A stretch of 52,020 nucleotides of DNA from a virus (Duplodnaviria; Caudoviricetes), in the IMG/VR virus record IMGVR_UViG_3300022181_000105, positions 1 to 52,020 of that record; one strand, written 5' to 3'. The translations under genes were made by a program, and so were the position numbers. Position 1 is the first letter of the stretch, and every line of letters starts with the position of its first letter. Below the pieces are notes generated by a model. It did not search any database and was not told where the DNA came from. It worked only from the letters and a program-made list of their open reading frames with translations. This document shows positions 19,185-28,531 of the stretch, one piece after another.

Positions 19185-20210
19185 ATGGCAACCACGGTCA
19201 CAATTAAAGAGCGTAAAACGGGGATAGTCGTTGAAACGCAGGAGTTCGAAGAGGGGAATGCGTACTATTGGTTTATACACAAGTACCCAGGGTATAAGCA
19301 ACGGAGCGTGGTCGCGGAAATCACAACCACATATCCGGGGCGTCCGGATTATATCCGCACGGAGGAATATCCCCTCACGTGTATCGCGAGTGATCTTTAC
19401 GACGCTGGGAAAGCGGCAGCTGAGGACGAGTACAACAATGCAAACGCGCTGATCAAGGGCAAGCGAGGCGCGGCGGAAATGCGCAAGCCGCTCGAGGAGC
19501 GGAAAATGAAGCGCCTGAGCGCCCTCAGGAGGGGCTACGACAAGCTCAAGGGCGAGCTTTGGTTGTCAAAAGGGTGGAGCGACGATGGGTCTAGACAGAA
19601 TTTCATCGACAAATGGAGGGGGCACAAATCTTCTCGCAGGCATACGTGGGGCATCAAACAGGGGCATGCCCTTGCGGAGAGGGCTGGCCAAAATTTCGAC
19701 GAGCACGGATCGTCGAGCGGCGACTACCTGAGCACCGGCGTGGTCGATTACGTCTCCCCATGGGATGGCTCAGCCGCCGCACCATATTGTGACATGGGGG
19801 GAGAGGGGCTAGCTCTCATACGGATAACCCGCACGAGAGTCTACGCGAAGTCGTCGAAGTGGTTTCCAGCGCGAGCCTTTACACTCTTCCTCGTCGGGAA
19901 AAATGAGGCAGGAACTTATTTCGCGCACCCTGTCGCAAAAACATGTGAGACGGTTGCGGATGCCGTCCAGTGGATTTGGGGCGGGCGGGCAAGGGACATC
20001 ATTGCCAGGCAGGGAGACATCGCGTTGATAGGCGGCAATGGCGGCCCGAAGCTTCCGAATGACGGATTGCCTCGGGGACACGTGATCGACGAGGCGGCAG
20101 GCATAGTACGCCACTCCACCCACCCGGACATTCCTCTTCCGGGGAAGGGACAGAGAATCATCGTCGGAAGGAGAGCCGCCGTCTATGCCTCCGACGCCAC
20201 GCGGGACTAA
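19185..20210 (+). CDS. Hypothetical accessory protein with C-terminal RQGD/His motif region
   Basis: 341-aa ORF, strong RBS, followed by hairpin 20217-20245. Confidence 0.8.
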   Translation: MATTVTIKERKTGIVVETQEFEEGNAYYWFIHKYPGYKQRSVVAEITTTYPGRPDYIRTEEYPLTCIASDLYDAGKAAAEDEYNNANALIKGKRGAAEMRKPLEERKMKRLSALRRGYDKLKGELWLSKGWSDDGSRQNFIDKWRGHKSSRRHTWGIKQGHALAERAGQNFDEHGSSSGDYLSTGVVDYVSPWDGSAAAPYCDMGGEGLALIRITRTRVYAKSSKWFPARAFTLFLVGKNEAGTYFAHPVAKTCETVADAVQWIWGGRARDIIARQGDIALIGGNGGPKLPNDGLPRGHVIDEAAGIVRHSTHPDIPLPGKGQRIIVGRRAAVYASDATRD

Positions 20211-20287
20211 TAAAAACGCCGCCTTCGTTGCGAGCGAGGGCGGCGCATTTTCCACCCGGCGCGAACCGGGAAGAAGGGAGCATTGCA

Positions 20288-20497
20288 ATGACATCTTATC
20301 ACGGGTTGAGCGGAATTTATAGGCGCGGAAAGGTGGTTTTTGTAAGGTTTTTCGGGAACACGAGGATTCGACCCGACCAGGCGAAGCGCGCATTCCCGAC
20401 CGAAGAGCAGGCCCAGGATTTCTACGCGTGGGCGACGGAGCGGGCGGACAGTGAAAATTTGTCACTCGGAGGATTTTTGACCGGAGGCGGCGCGTAG
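20288..20497 (+). CDS. Small hypothetical accessory protein
   Basis: RBS AAGGGAG; followed by hairpin GGGGCG-ACAG-CGCCCC-TTTATTT. Confidence 0.6.
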   Translation: MTSYHGLSGIYRRGKVVFVRFFGNTRIRPDQAKRAFPTEEQAQDFYAWATERADSENLSLGGFLTGGGA

Positions 20498-20538
20498 GGG
20501 CGACAGCGCCCCTTTATTTCAACAAAGGAGGAATTGAC

Positions 20539-21003
20539 ATGGAACACAAAAACATCGATCTGTTTTTCTCGTTTTTGCGTGACACACTCTTGCACCCCGA
20601 GTCTCTGGATTTCAAGCCCACGAGAGAGGCATGGGTAGAAGACCTGGAGCATGACGCCGCAAGAAACGGCGGTTGTTGCTTCGAGGTTCCGTCTTCAGCG
20701 ACAAAGGACTACGCCCCAGCACTCTACTACTTCCGCAGGGAGTTTTTCATTGATTCTGACGGTGACTGGAACTACCGTATTATTCACGGCGAAACAGAGA
20801 GGCACGTCGCCGTCTCCGTAGACAGAACCATCGCCCCCGCGTTCTGGGCGAAGGTCGACTCCGAATCAGAGGGTGGGAGCATCGTTGCGGAGTTCCTCGC
20901 AACCGGCGGATCGTCGTCTTGTGAAATCTCCGTCGCAGAAATCGCCATGAGATACGCAAAAAGCTTTTCCGAGTGGGAGGATGGCGCGGTGGAGGTTGGA
21001 TAG
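20539..21003 (+). CDS. Acidic hypothetical accessory protein
   Basis: RBS AAGGAGGA; followed by hairpin 21016-21045. Confidence 0.75.
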   Translation: MEHKNIDLFFSFLRDTLLHPESLDFKPTREAWVEDLEHDAARNGGCCFEVPSSATKDYAPALYYFRREFFIDSDGDWNYRIIHGETERHVAVSVDRTIAPAFWAKVDSESEGGSIVAEFLATGGSSSCEISVAEIAMRYAKSFSEWEDGAVEVG

Positions 21004-21128
21004 GGAAATAAAAACTCCGCCTCTCCTTTTCACGGGAGAGGCGGAAATCAGAGGTAGTATTTCTCGTGTTGCGCCCTTACGGGTATCAGAGGATAAAAGA
21101 ACAATAGCACGTCGGAGGAGGGGTGTCA

Positions 21129-22139
21129 ATGGGCGATTTGAAAAATATCGAACTTTCTCTTCACGCGGCATGTCCCGCAGCGTGGCGCGAAGCGGAGGGG
21201 ATGCGAGCCAAGAAGGGGAGAGCGCTGCCACATTGGAGCAAGTGGTGTTACCTCCCGTTGGCAGGGTGGATCGCGATCGTCTCCAGGGGCTGCGACATGT
21301 CGCAGGTTTCCATGGAGCACACGCAGGCGGCAGCGCTATATGCGGCAATCGGATCATGGCGTATCGGACGCGGGATATACCGTTTCGACGAAACCTTGTT
21401 TCAGGAGCTTATCTCCACACCGATGGAAGGGAACATTCCTTGCGACGTGATCTTTCGTCTACCCGAGTGGTGCGTCTATCTCGAGACTGAGCCGCTCGGG
21501 TTCCCTGGGGTATTCGTCCACCTGGAGGAGGACGCGAACAGCGGGGAGAGGGAGCTGCGATTTCTTTTCCACGAGGTCGACGGGGACCTTATCCCCGCCG
21601 TCGTTCATCTGGGAGACTATTCGCTCGCCGAGGGCGTGCGTCGCTCCGTGGAGATGGTCAAGCTCAACATGTCGAAACAGGGATTGTCCTATTCGTCCGA
21701 GCGCATGGCGTTGGACGCTGCGGGAATCATGAATAAGGTGGGAAGCGTTATGCCTCTCGTGCTCTACATCTGCTCCGCGAACTCGGAGGTCAGGCGGCGC
21801 GAAAATGACGCGCAGCCTACGCGCAGAAAACCAAAGGGCAAGGCTGCAAAATTCGCCGTCTCTCCCACAACATGGGAGGTGGGGTACAGGATCGGCGCCG
21901 CCATCCGCGCAGGGCGATCCAAGGAAGAGCAAGGGGAATCGTCTGAGTCGCAGTATCCGGGGGTGGGAATACCCAAGCGTCCGCACGTGCGAAGGGCGCA
22001 CTGGCACGGGTACTGGACGGGGCCGCGCGACGGGAAGCGTTTGTTCTCGTTGAAATGGCTACCGCCCATTCCCGTAAACATCGACACGGACGAAGACGGT
22101 CCGATGGTCATACATCCAGTAGAGGAGGAGCAGTTATGA
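21129..22139 (+). CDS. AcrVA2/FinQ-family protein (putative anti-defence factor)
   Basis: Motifs SWRIGRGIYRFDE, RLPEWCVYLE and KRPHVRRAHWHGYWTG...KWLPP match my recollection of AcrVA2 (WRNTLGIYQLDE, LPDWCVYVD, RPHIRRGHWHGYW). Confidence 0.8.
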   Translation: MGDLKNIELSLHAACPAAWREAEGMRAKKGRALPHWSKWCYLPLAGWIAIVSRGCDMSQVSMEHTQAAALYAAIGSWRIGRGIYRFDETLFQELISTPMEGNIPCDVIFRLPEWCVYLETEPLGFPGVFVHLEEDANSGERELRFLFHEVDGDLIPAVVHLGDYSLAEGVRRSVEMVKLNMSKQGLSYSSERMALDAAGIMNKVGSVMPLVLYICSANSEVRRRENDAQPTRRKPKGKAAKFAVSPTTWEVGYRIGAAIRAGRSKEEQGESSESQYPGVGIPKRPHVRRAHWHGYWTGPRDGKRLFSLKWLPPIPVNIDTDEDGPMVIHPVEEEQL

Positions 22140-22564
22140 AAAAATACACAGTCAGAGCGCAGGACAAGACGGCGGAGACGGTAGAAACTTTCCCGGGGTT
22201 CGCCCCGACACACGCGGCGGAGGAGCTGTTGGATGCTGCGGCGGAATGGGTGCGGCAGGGAGAAATTGACGCGCTCCCGAGGCTGACGGAGCAGGAGAAA
22301 ATAGCCATTGTCGGCGTAGTCAATTCCTGGTACATCGAACCGCTCTGGACAATCTTGCCGGTGACGCTCGCCATGGAGATCCGCGACTACCTCGCCCCCG
22401 GCGAAGAGGGATTTTTCCTCGGGTGGACCGACGAGGCGAAGAAGGAGTTCGTGGAGAAACTATCGAAGCTGACTCCTCCGGAGGCGCTGGCGGTTGTGCT
22501 CTGGGGCAAGCGATTCTGGGAATCCGAGGAGCGGGACGTGTTCAAGTATTGCGCGGACGCGTGA
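22136..22564 (+). CDS. Hypothetical protein coupled to the AcrVA2-like gene
   Basis: ATGA overlap with upstream stop; RBS GAGGAGGAG. Confidence 0.75.
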   Translation: MKKYTVRAQDKTAETVETFPGFAPTHAAEELLDAAAEWVRQGEIDALPRLTEQEKIAIVGVVNSWYIEPLWTILPVTLAMEIRDYLAPGEEGFFLGWTDEAKKEFVEKLSKLTPPEALAVVLWGKRFWESEERDVFKYCADA

Positions 22565-22642
22565 AGGTTGGGAATGAATTCCACATCGGAATCGTTTATT
22601 ATATTAGGGTCGACGATCGGCCCTGGACAAGGGGCGAAGAGA

Positions 22643-23035
22643 ATGTATGTGTCTAGATACAGCAACAAGAAGATTACCAACGATCTGTATGTGCCTTTAA
22701 GAATTTCAATCGGCGCTCCTAGGTGGCGACTGGGATACAAGATCGTCGGAGCGGTAAAAGAGCTGATGCCTTTCGGTCTGCTCGACCTCGAAAGGGCGGA
22801 ATATGAAGAGAGATACCGCGCTCAACTTGAGAAAATTGGAGTAGGTGCGATATCGAAAAGGCTGGAATCCCTCAGGGACGGGGACAAGAATGTTGTGCTC
22901 CTGTGCTACGAGGATATTCGGAAGCCTGGCGAATGGTGCCATAGGACGCTCTTTTCTCTTTGGTGGAAAGAGAAAACTGGCGAGGGCGTCGGGGAGCTGG
23001 AGATGTCGGAGGCAAAACAGGGGGTTTTGTTCTAA
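22643..23035 (+). CDS. DUF488-family protein
   Basis: YEERYRAQL...VVLLCYE...WCHR motif. Confidence 0.75.
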   Translation: MYVSRYSNKKITNDLYVPLRISIGAPRWRLGYKIVGAVKELMPFGLLDLERAEYEERYRAQLEKIGVGAISKRLESLRDGDKNVVLLCYEDIRKPGEWCHRTLFSLWWKEKTGEGVGELEMSEAKQGVLF

Positions 23036-23050
23036 GGAAACCCGAGCGAT

Positions 23051-23076
23051 GAGGGGCCGTTGGCCCCTCTTTTTTT
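23051..23076 (+). terminator. Rho-independent terminator
   Basis: GAGGGGCC-GTT-GGCCCCTC followed by T7. Confidence 0.75.
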
Positions 23077-23113
23077 ATGCCGTTTGTCACCCTAAAAAAG
23101 GTGGGGATTGTAG

Positions 23114-24568
23114 ATGTTTCAGGGAACGATCCCGAGCAATGTTCAAATGATGCTTGGAGAGATAGTTGGCAGTTGGAACGCCAGCGATATTTACGTGGGA
23201 TGCTCTGGTAATTTTACCGTCGAGCGCGTGTTGCATAACCACGCGAAGGCGAGGTTGCACGGAAACGACGTGACGGCGTACTCGTGTCTTATAGGCGATT
23301 ACCTTGCGGGGAATGAATTGGGCGCGAGGTTTAACCCAAAGTACGACGGCCCGATGTCCTTTGTCGAGAAGTACATAACCGACGACGCTTCCGTAATCGC
23401 GGTAACGTTAATTCTCTCCAAGCTCGCGGATGCGCTGAAGTCAAAGAAAAGGAACGCGTATTACGAAAGACTGATCCAAGCGTATAAGGATCAGTGGGAA
23501 ACCATCTTCGCCTCGCAGTATAACTTGGTGCTTGCGTTGCCAAAGATGCTGACGAGCTTCTGCCGGGGCGACGTTTGCGAATGGGTGAAGGGGCTCGACA
23601 AGAGTCAGGGGTTTATCTGTCACCCCCCCTTTTACAAGGGTGGTTACGAAAAAATGTTCGCGGCGATAGAGGACGTAATCGCGTGGGCTCCACCAGAGTA
23701 CGAAATGATCGACCAGGAAAAAATTCATGCGCTTTTCGAGGAGGCGATGGGTTTCAGGCATTTTCTATTCGTAATAAACAAAGAAATGCCAGAACTCAAA
23801 AAAAACCTCATAGGATTAGCACAGACGACCAACAGGGGGACGCCGTTATATGTCTATGCGAACCACGACCGGTCGAGGATTGTCATGCCGTCGCAGAAAG
23901 CCACAACGCCAGCAATAGCGAGGTTAGGGCAAAATGACGACGTTGGAGAAACAATCTCCTTGGTAAAGCTGCAATCGGCAGAATTCCAAGGCTTGCGGTC
24001 TCAATATCTAAACCCGCACATCAAACCGGCGAGCGAGTCTTTGGCACTGGGGGTTGTGGTAGATAAAAAACTTGTGGGAGCCTTCGCCGTATCCGTAGCC
24101 CCAACAATGGGAAATTTCGATAAACACGTAAGCACGCCGACCGTCTACCTCTTGAGCGATTTTCCCGTCGCCCCATCCAAGTACAAGAGGCTTGCAAAGC
24201 TTGTGCTCTACGCGGCGCTGAGCAAAGAGTCGAAACTGATAATGGAGATGCTTTCGAACAGGAGAGCAAGAACGCTCATTACGACAGCGTTTTCAAAGAA
24301 GCCCGTGTCAATGAAGTACCGCGGGCTTTTTGATCTCGTCTCAAAAAAGGAGCTTGACGGTGTGGATGAGAATGAAACGGACATGTCGAAAATCTACTAC
24401 GGGTCAGGGTTCCAGCTGAACTACGCGGCCCCCCTGGGTGCATGGACGCTCCAAGAGGGACTGGCGCTCTGGAAAAAGAAGTGCTCGCAGGTTGAGCAAA
24501 AAGAGGAGGTGTGTGAGGTTGGACGTCCACGTGATGGAGATAGACCCGCGGGAGCTCCGATTACTTGA
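23114..24568 (+). CDS. Putative amino-methyltransferase-like domain fused to a GNAT/Mom-like domain (DNA modification candidate)
   Basis: Motif I-like DIYVGCSGNF, motif IV-like ICHPPFY; C-terminal VVDKKLVGAFAV...VYLLSDF...RLAKLVL...SMKYRG reads as GNAT-like. Confidence 0.6.
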   Translation: MFQGTIPSNVQMMLGEIVGSWNASDIYVGCSGNFTVERVLHNHAKARLHGNDVTAYSCLIGDYLAGNELGARFNPKYDGPMSFVEKYITDDASVIAVTLILSKLADALKSKKRNAYYERLIQAYKDQWETIFASQYNLVLALPKMLTSFCRGDVCEWVKGLDKSQGFICHPPFYKGGYEKMFAAIEDVIAWAPPEYEMIDQEKIHALFEEAMGFRHFLFVINKEMPELKKNLIGLAQTTNRGTPLYVYANHDRSRIVMPSQKATTPAIARLGQNDDVGETISLVKLQSAEFQGLRSQYLNPHIKPASESLALGVVVDKKLVGAFAVSVAPTMGNFDKHVSTPTVYLLSDFPVAPSKYKRLAKLVLYAALSKESKLIMEMLSNRRARTLITTAFSKKPVSMKYRGLFDLVSKKELDGVDENETDMSKIYYGSGFQLNYAAPLGAWTLQEGLALWKKKCSQVEQKEEVCEVGRPRDGDRPAGAPIT

Positions 24569-25394
24569 GCTGAACGCCCGGTATATGAAGCATGAGGAGT
24601 TTGCGAGGTTGGTGGAGAATATCAGAAGGGACGGAAGATTGACATCCGCCCCTTTTTGCTGCCGCGAGAAAGACGGAGGATACAAGGTTCTTTCCGGAAA
24701 TCATAGAACGAGAGCCGCCATAGAAGCGGGAATCGAAAAAATTACATGCTTGGCAACAGACGATGACCTTTCCGAGGATCAGCGGATAGCGATTCAGCTG
24801 TCGCACAATGCCATATCGGGGCACGACGACCTTGGGACGTTGAAGATCCTGTATGAGCAAGTGCTGGACATCGAGATGAAAAAATACAGCGGCCTTGACG
24901 ATAAAACGCTGGAATTGCTTCAGCAGGTGGACAGCGTGCGAATGGCGGAGGCCAACCTGAGATTCCTCACGTTAAGCGTGGTATTCCTCCCGGACGAGAT
25001 AGAAGCTGCTCAAAAGACTCTAGACGATGCGATAGGGTCGGCGAAGGGCGCTGATGTGAAGTGGCTTGCGAGAATGGCGGAGTATGACAAGTGGTTGGAT
25101 TCCATAGAAGCGGCGGGCTCCTCTCAAGGGATAAAAAATAACGCGACTGCGCTCAAAATAGTATTCGACATCTTTGAGGACAACATGCATCAGCTGTCTG
25201 ACGCGTGGAGCGACGACGAAGACTCGAAGGCGTGGGTTCCGTTGGAGGCCGTGATAGGGAAGACAAAGATCCCGGAGGGGGCGGCGAAGGTAATAAAACG
25301 AGCAGTGGAAAAGATGATAGGGGAAAAGAGCCTCAATTCCTCGAACCGTTGGCAGGCGCTTGAATACTGGGCCGCTGACTATTTATCGAGGTAG
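24519..25394 (+). CDS. ParB/Srx N-terminal domain protein
   Basis: NARYM...LVENIRRDG...YKVLSGNHRTRAA; TTG start 8 nt after AGGAGGT. Confidence 0.85.
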   Translation: MDVHVMEIDPRELRLLELNARYMKHEEFARLVENIRRDGRLTSAPFCCREKDGGYKVLSGNHRTRAAIEAGIEKITCLATDDDLSEDQRIAIQLSHNAISGHDDLGTLKILYEQVLDIEMKKYSGLDDKTLELLQQVDSVRMAEANLRFLTLSVVFLPDEIEAAQKTLDDAIGSAKGADVKWLARMAEYDKWLDSIEAAGSSQGIKNNATALKIVFDIFEDNMHQLSDAWSDDEDSKAWVPLEAVIGKTKIPEGAAKVIKRAVEKMIGEKSLNSSNRWQALEYWAADYLSR

Positions 25395-25398
25395 CGCT

Positions 25399-25926
25399 AT
25401 GCCTGCGTTCGATAAATACAATTCGAAGTATCACGATGACTGGGGGTGGTCCCTCGCCATTAAGGGATGCACTAATGAGGAGATTGCAACGGCATTCGGC
25501 ATAAGCAAGCGGACTTTGATCAGATGGATGAACCAGTACGAATCGCTAAAAAACGCCATCAACGAGGGGAAGGCTTCGGCTGACGCCAAGGTCGAAAGAA
25601 AGCTCTACGAGCGCGCTCTTGGCTATGAGGTGGAAGAGGAGCAGAAGGTTTTAAACGTAAGCAAAGAAGGTGGATCTCGGATAGGCAGAATCACCATAAC
25701 GAAAAAACACGTGCCCCCAGACCCGACCTCTTGCATTTTTTGGTTAAAAAATCGACACCCTGATATCTGGCGCGACGTGCAGCGCATGGAGCACGGCGGC
25801 AAGGTGGAGGTGAGCCATGACCCGCAGATCGAGCGGCTCATCGAAGACCCCGAGGCGCAGCGCCTCCTCGCGGAACTCCACGCGAGAGCGACTTCAGGAC
25901 ACGTGGAAGGCGCTGGCGAGGCGTAG
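25399..25926 (+). CDS. terS: Terminase small subunit
   Basis: HTH (EEIATAFGISKRTLIRW), LYERALGY, PPDPTSCIFWLKNR; directly before terL. Confidence 0.85.
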   Translation: MPAFDKYNSKYHDDWGWSLAIKGCTNEEIATAFGISKRTLIRWMNQYESLKNAINEGKASADAKVERKLYERALGYEVEEEQKVLNVSKEGGSRIGRITITKKHVPPDPTSCIFWLKNRHPDIWRDVQRMEHGGKVEVSHDPQIERLIEDPEAQRLLAELHARATSGHVEGAGEA

Positions 25927-27286
25927 GTTCTGGTTCTTCTGCCAGTACTCGCACTTCGGCAAGTGGCGTCTCGCTCCCCATCTGGAACTCCTCTGCTCCG
26001 AACTCGAAGAGGTCGAGGCCGGGCGACTTGATCGGTTGATTCTGACTGTCCCTCCGCGACATGGCAAGTCTATGTGCGTCACGGAGACCTTTCCGGCCTG
26101 GTATCTGGGCCGCAATCCCGAGAAGCGCGTCATCGAGGCGTCGTACAGCGACGATCTCGCCCGGACCTTCGGCGACAAGTGCCGCCGGAAGATCGAAACC
26201 TTTGGCCCGGAACTCTGGGGGCTGGAGATCGACCGTCGGCGCGCGGACAAGTCCGACTGGGGGATCAAGGATCACAACGGCGGAATGGTCTCGGCGGGGA
26301 TCGGCGGAGGAATCACGGGCAAAGGGGCCGACCTGCTGATAATCGACGACCCGGTAAAGAACAGACAGGAAGCCGACTCGCAGACCTACCGCGACCGCGT
26401 CTGGTCGGAGTGGCAATCCACCCTTTCCACGCGGCTGCATCCGATGGCCGCGGTCGTCGTCGTCCTGACCCGATGGCACGAGGACGACCTTGCCGGAAGG
26501 CTGATCAAAGCGGAGCCGAACAGGTGGAAGCTGCTGAACCTCCCGGCTATCGCCGAGGAGAACGACCCGCTCGGACGTCCGATAGGCGCGGCGCTCTGGC
26601 CGGAGAGGTACGACGAGGCCGAGCTTGCACGGAAAAAGATTACGTCTGGATCGCGCGACTGGGAGGCGTTATATCAAGGGAGGCCGAGTCCGACGAAGGG
26701 ATCCATCCTTCTCCGGGGGTGGTGGAGGGAATACCGCTTGCCTCCCGAGACGATGGTGAAAGGTATGGATCAGGTGATTCTGTCGTTCGACTGCGCCTTC
26801 AAGGACAAGGACACATCCGACTACGTCGTCGGTCAGGTGTGGTGCCGAAAGGGGCCGGACGCCTATCTGCTCGACCAGGTGCGCGGCCGGATGGACTTTC
26901 CCTCTACGCAGCGAGCGTTGAAGGCTCTGTCGGCCAAGTGGCCGATGGCGCGGGCGAAGCTCGTGGAGGATAAGGCGAACGGCACGGCGATCATAGCGAG
27001 CCTTCGCAAGGAGACGTCCGGCCTCATCCCAATCGAGCCGGACGGCGGCAAGGTAGTCCGGGCGAACGCCGTGACCCCGTTCATCGAGGCGGGGAACGTC
27101 CATCTGCCCGAACCTCGCTTCGCTCCGTGGATCGGCGACTTCATCGAGGAGTGCGCCGCGTTCCCGAACGGAGCGCACGACGACCAGGTGGACGCTATGA
27201 CGCAGGCACTCTCCCATCTGCTGGGTAGGTGCAGAGGCGGAAAACCCGTAGCAGGCGGCGCCAGACAGGCGCACCTGCTTTTTTAA
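25817..27286 (+). CDS. terL: Terminase large subunit
   Basis: Walker A PPRHGKS, Walker B LIIDDP, LTRWHEDD, nuclease SFD...EDKANG...HDDQVDA; RBS GGAGGTGA inside terS. Confidence 0.95.
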   Translation: MTRRSSGSSKTPRRSASSRNSTRERLQDTWKALARRRFWFFCQYSHFGKWRLAPHLELLCSELEEVEAGRLDRLILTVPPRHGKSMCVTETFPAWYLGRNPEKRVIEASYSDDLARTFGDKCRRKIETFGPELWGLEIDRRRADKSDWGIKDHNGGMVSAGIGGGITGKGADLLIIDDPVKNRQEADSQTYRDRVWSEWQSTLSTRLHPMAAVVVVLTRWHEDDLAGRLIKAEPNRWKLLNLPAIAEENDPLGRPIGAALWPERYDEAELARKKITSGSRDWEALYQGRPSPTKGSILLRGWWREYRLPPETMVKGMDQVILSFDCAFKDKDTSDYVVGQVWCRKGPDAYLLDQVRGRMDFPSTQRALKALSAKWPMARAKLVEDKANGTAIIASLRKETSGLIPIEPDGGKVVRANAVTPFIEAGNVHLPEPRFAPWIGDFIEECAAFPNGAHDDQVDAMTQALSHLLGRCRGGKPVAGGARQAHLLF

Positions 27287-27307
27287 TGGCCGGAAAGGGG
27301 GGAGAAA

Positions 27308-28531
27308 ATGACAAATGTGGACGTGACGAAGACCTACGGCGTCGGATACTCAGACGTCCTGATGCAGCTTCTGTTCTCGCTCTCGCAGCCGGTACAGAAC
27401 CCGGAGCAGATGCTTCCGGAATACCACGAAATGGCGGAGATGGACGAGACCGTCGGGACCGGGCTGGAATTTCTGTGCTATGCGGTGGTCTCGAAGATCC
27501 AGCCGTTCGATCACCCCGATTCCCGCGTCAAGGACCTGGTGCGCCTTTGCGGAGAACGCATCTCGGGCACGCTGGAGGAGTCTCGCAGGGCGCTGCTTTC
27601 CAGTGCGCTAACGTACGGTTTCGGCGTCGAAGAGTTCACGCTCGGAGTGAGCAACTCCCAGTGGTTCTTGTCTTCACTGCAACTGTTCGACGCGCTGACC
27701 GTGAGATTCCTTTTCGAGAAGGCCGCGGACAACTCTCTGCGAATCGCGACGATACGGCAGACCGCCGCGGGCAAGGAGATCGATATTCCCGCCTCGAAGT
27801 GCCTCGTATTCCGCCACAACGCCGGGACGAATCCTTATGGACGGTCCCGCCTCAAACGATGCTGGCGCTGGTACTCCTTCAAGCGCGCGATTCCGAAGTT
27901 CTGGGCTATCGCTCTCGAACGCTTCGGAATGCCGATGTTGGTGGGGAAAAGTTCCGATCCGAAGGCGTTGGAGGAGATTCTGAAGGACGCATACAGTCAA
28001 GCGTACGCGTCGATCTATACAGACGACAGCATCGAGGCGGTCGGACAAGGCATGCCAGCCGGGCTCAGCGGAGCGTACGAGAGCGCCGCCGAGTTCTGCA
28101 ACAAGATGATTTACAGAAGTCTTTTCCTTCCGTCTCTGCTGGAAAGCGGCGACGGCGGAGGCTCCTACGCTCTGGGGAAAATCCATTGGCAAATGTTCAA
28201 CGATGCGTGCATCTGGCTGGCGAAGGAGCTGGCGGAGGCCGAGATAGAGCGGTTATGGCGCCCGATCATCGAGTGGAACTTGGGCCCGATGGAGAGTTAC
28301 GGCACGCTGAACGTCTTTAACTCTCAGACTCCCGAGGAGCAGGAAATCATGTCAAGGATTTTCCTGAACGGGGTCAACGCCGGGATGCTGTTCCCGGAGG
28401 AGGGCGACGCCGACTGGATGCGGGAAAGGCTGGGCTTTCCCCTCAGTCCGGAGGGGGGTGAAGCCGACGGATGGAGAGCAAAATTATCTCGGCTGGAAGG
28501 GACAATAGCCGACGGGCAAAAATCAGGATAG
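27308..28531 (+). CDS. Portal protein (Mu gp29/DUF935-like)
   Basis: NPYGRSRL...ERFGMP...GGSYALGKIH; follows terL. Confidence 0.88.
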   Translation: MTNVDVTKTYGVGYSDVLMQLLFSLSQPVQNPEQMLPEYHEMAEMDETVGTGLEFLCYAVVSKIQPFDHPDSRVKDLVRLCGERISGTLEESRRALLSSALTYGFGVEEFTLGVSNSQWFLSSLQLFDALTVRFLFEKAADNSLRIATIRQTAAGKEIDIPASKCLVFRHNAGTNPYGRSRLKRCWRWYSFKRAIPKFWAIALERFGMPMLVGKSSDPKALEEILKDAYSQAYASIYTDDSIEAVGQGMPAGLSGAYESAAEFCNKMIYRSLFLPSLLESGDGGGSYALGKIHWQMFNDACIWLAKELAEAEIERLWRPIIEWNLGPMESYGTLNVFNSQTPEEQEIMSRIFLNGVNAGMLFPEEGDADWMRERLGFPLSPEGGEADGWRAKLSRLEGTIADGQKSG

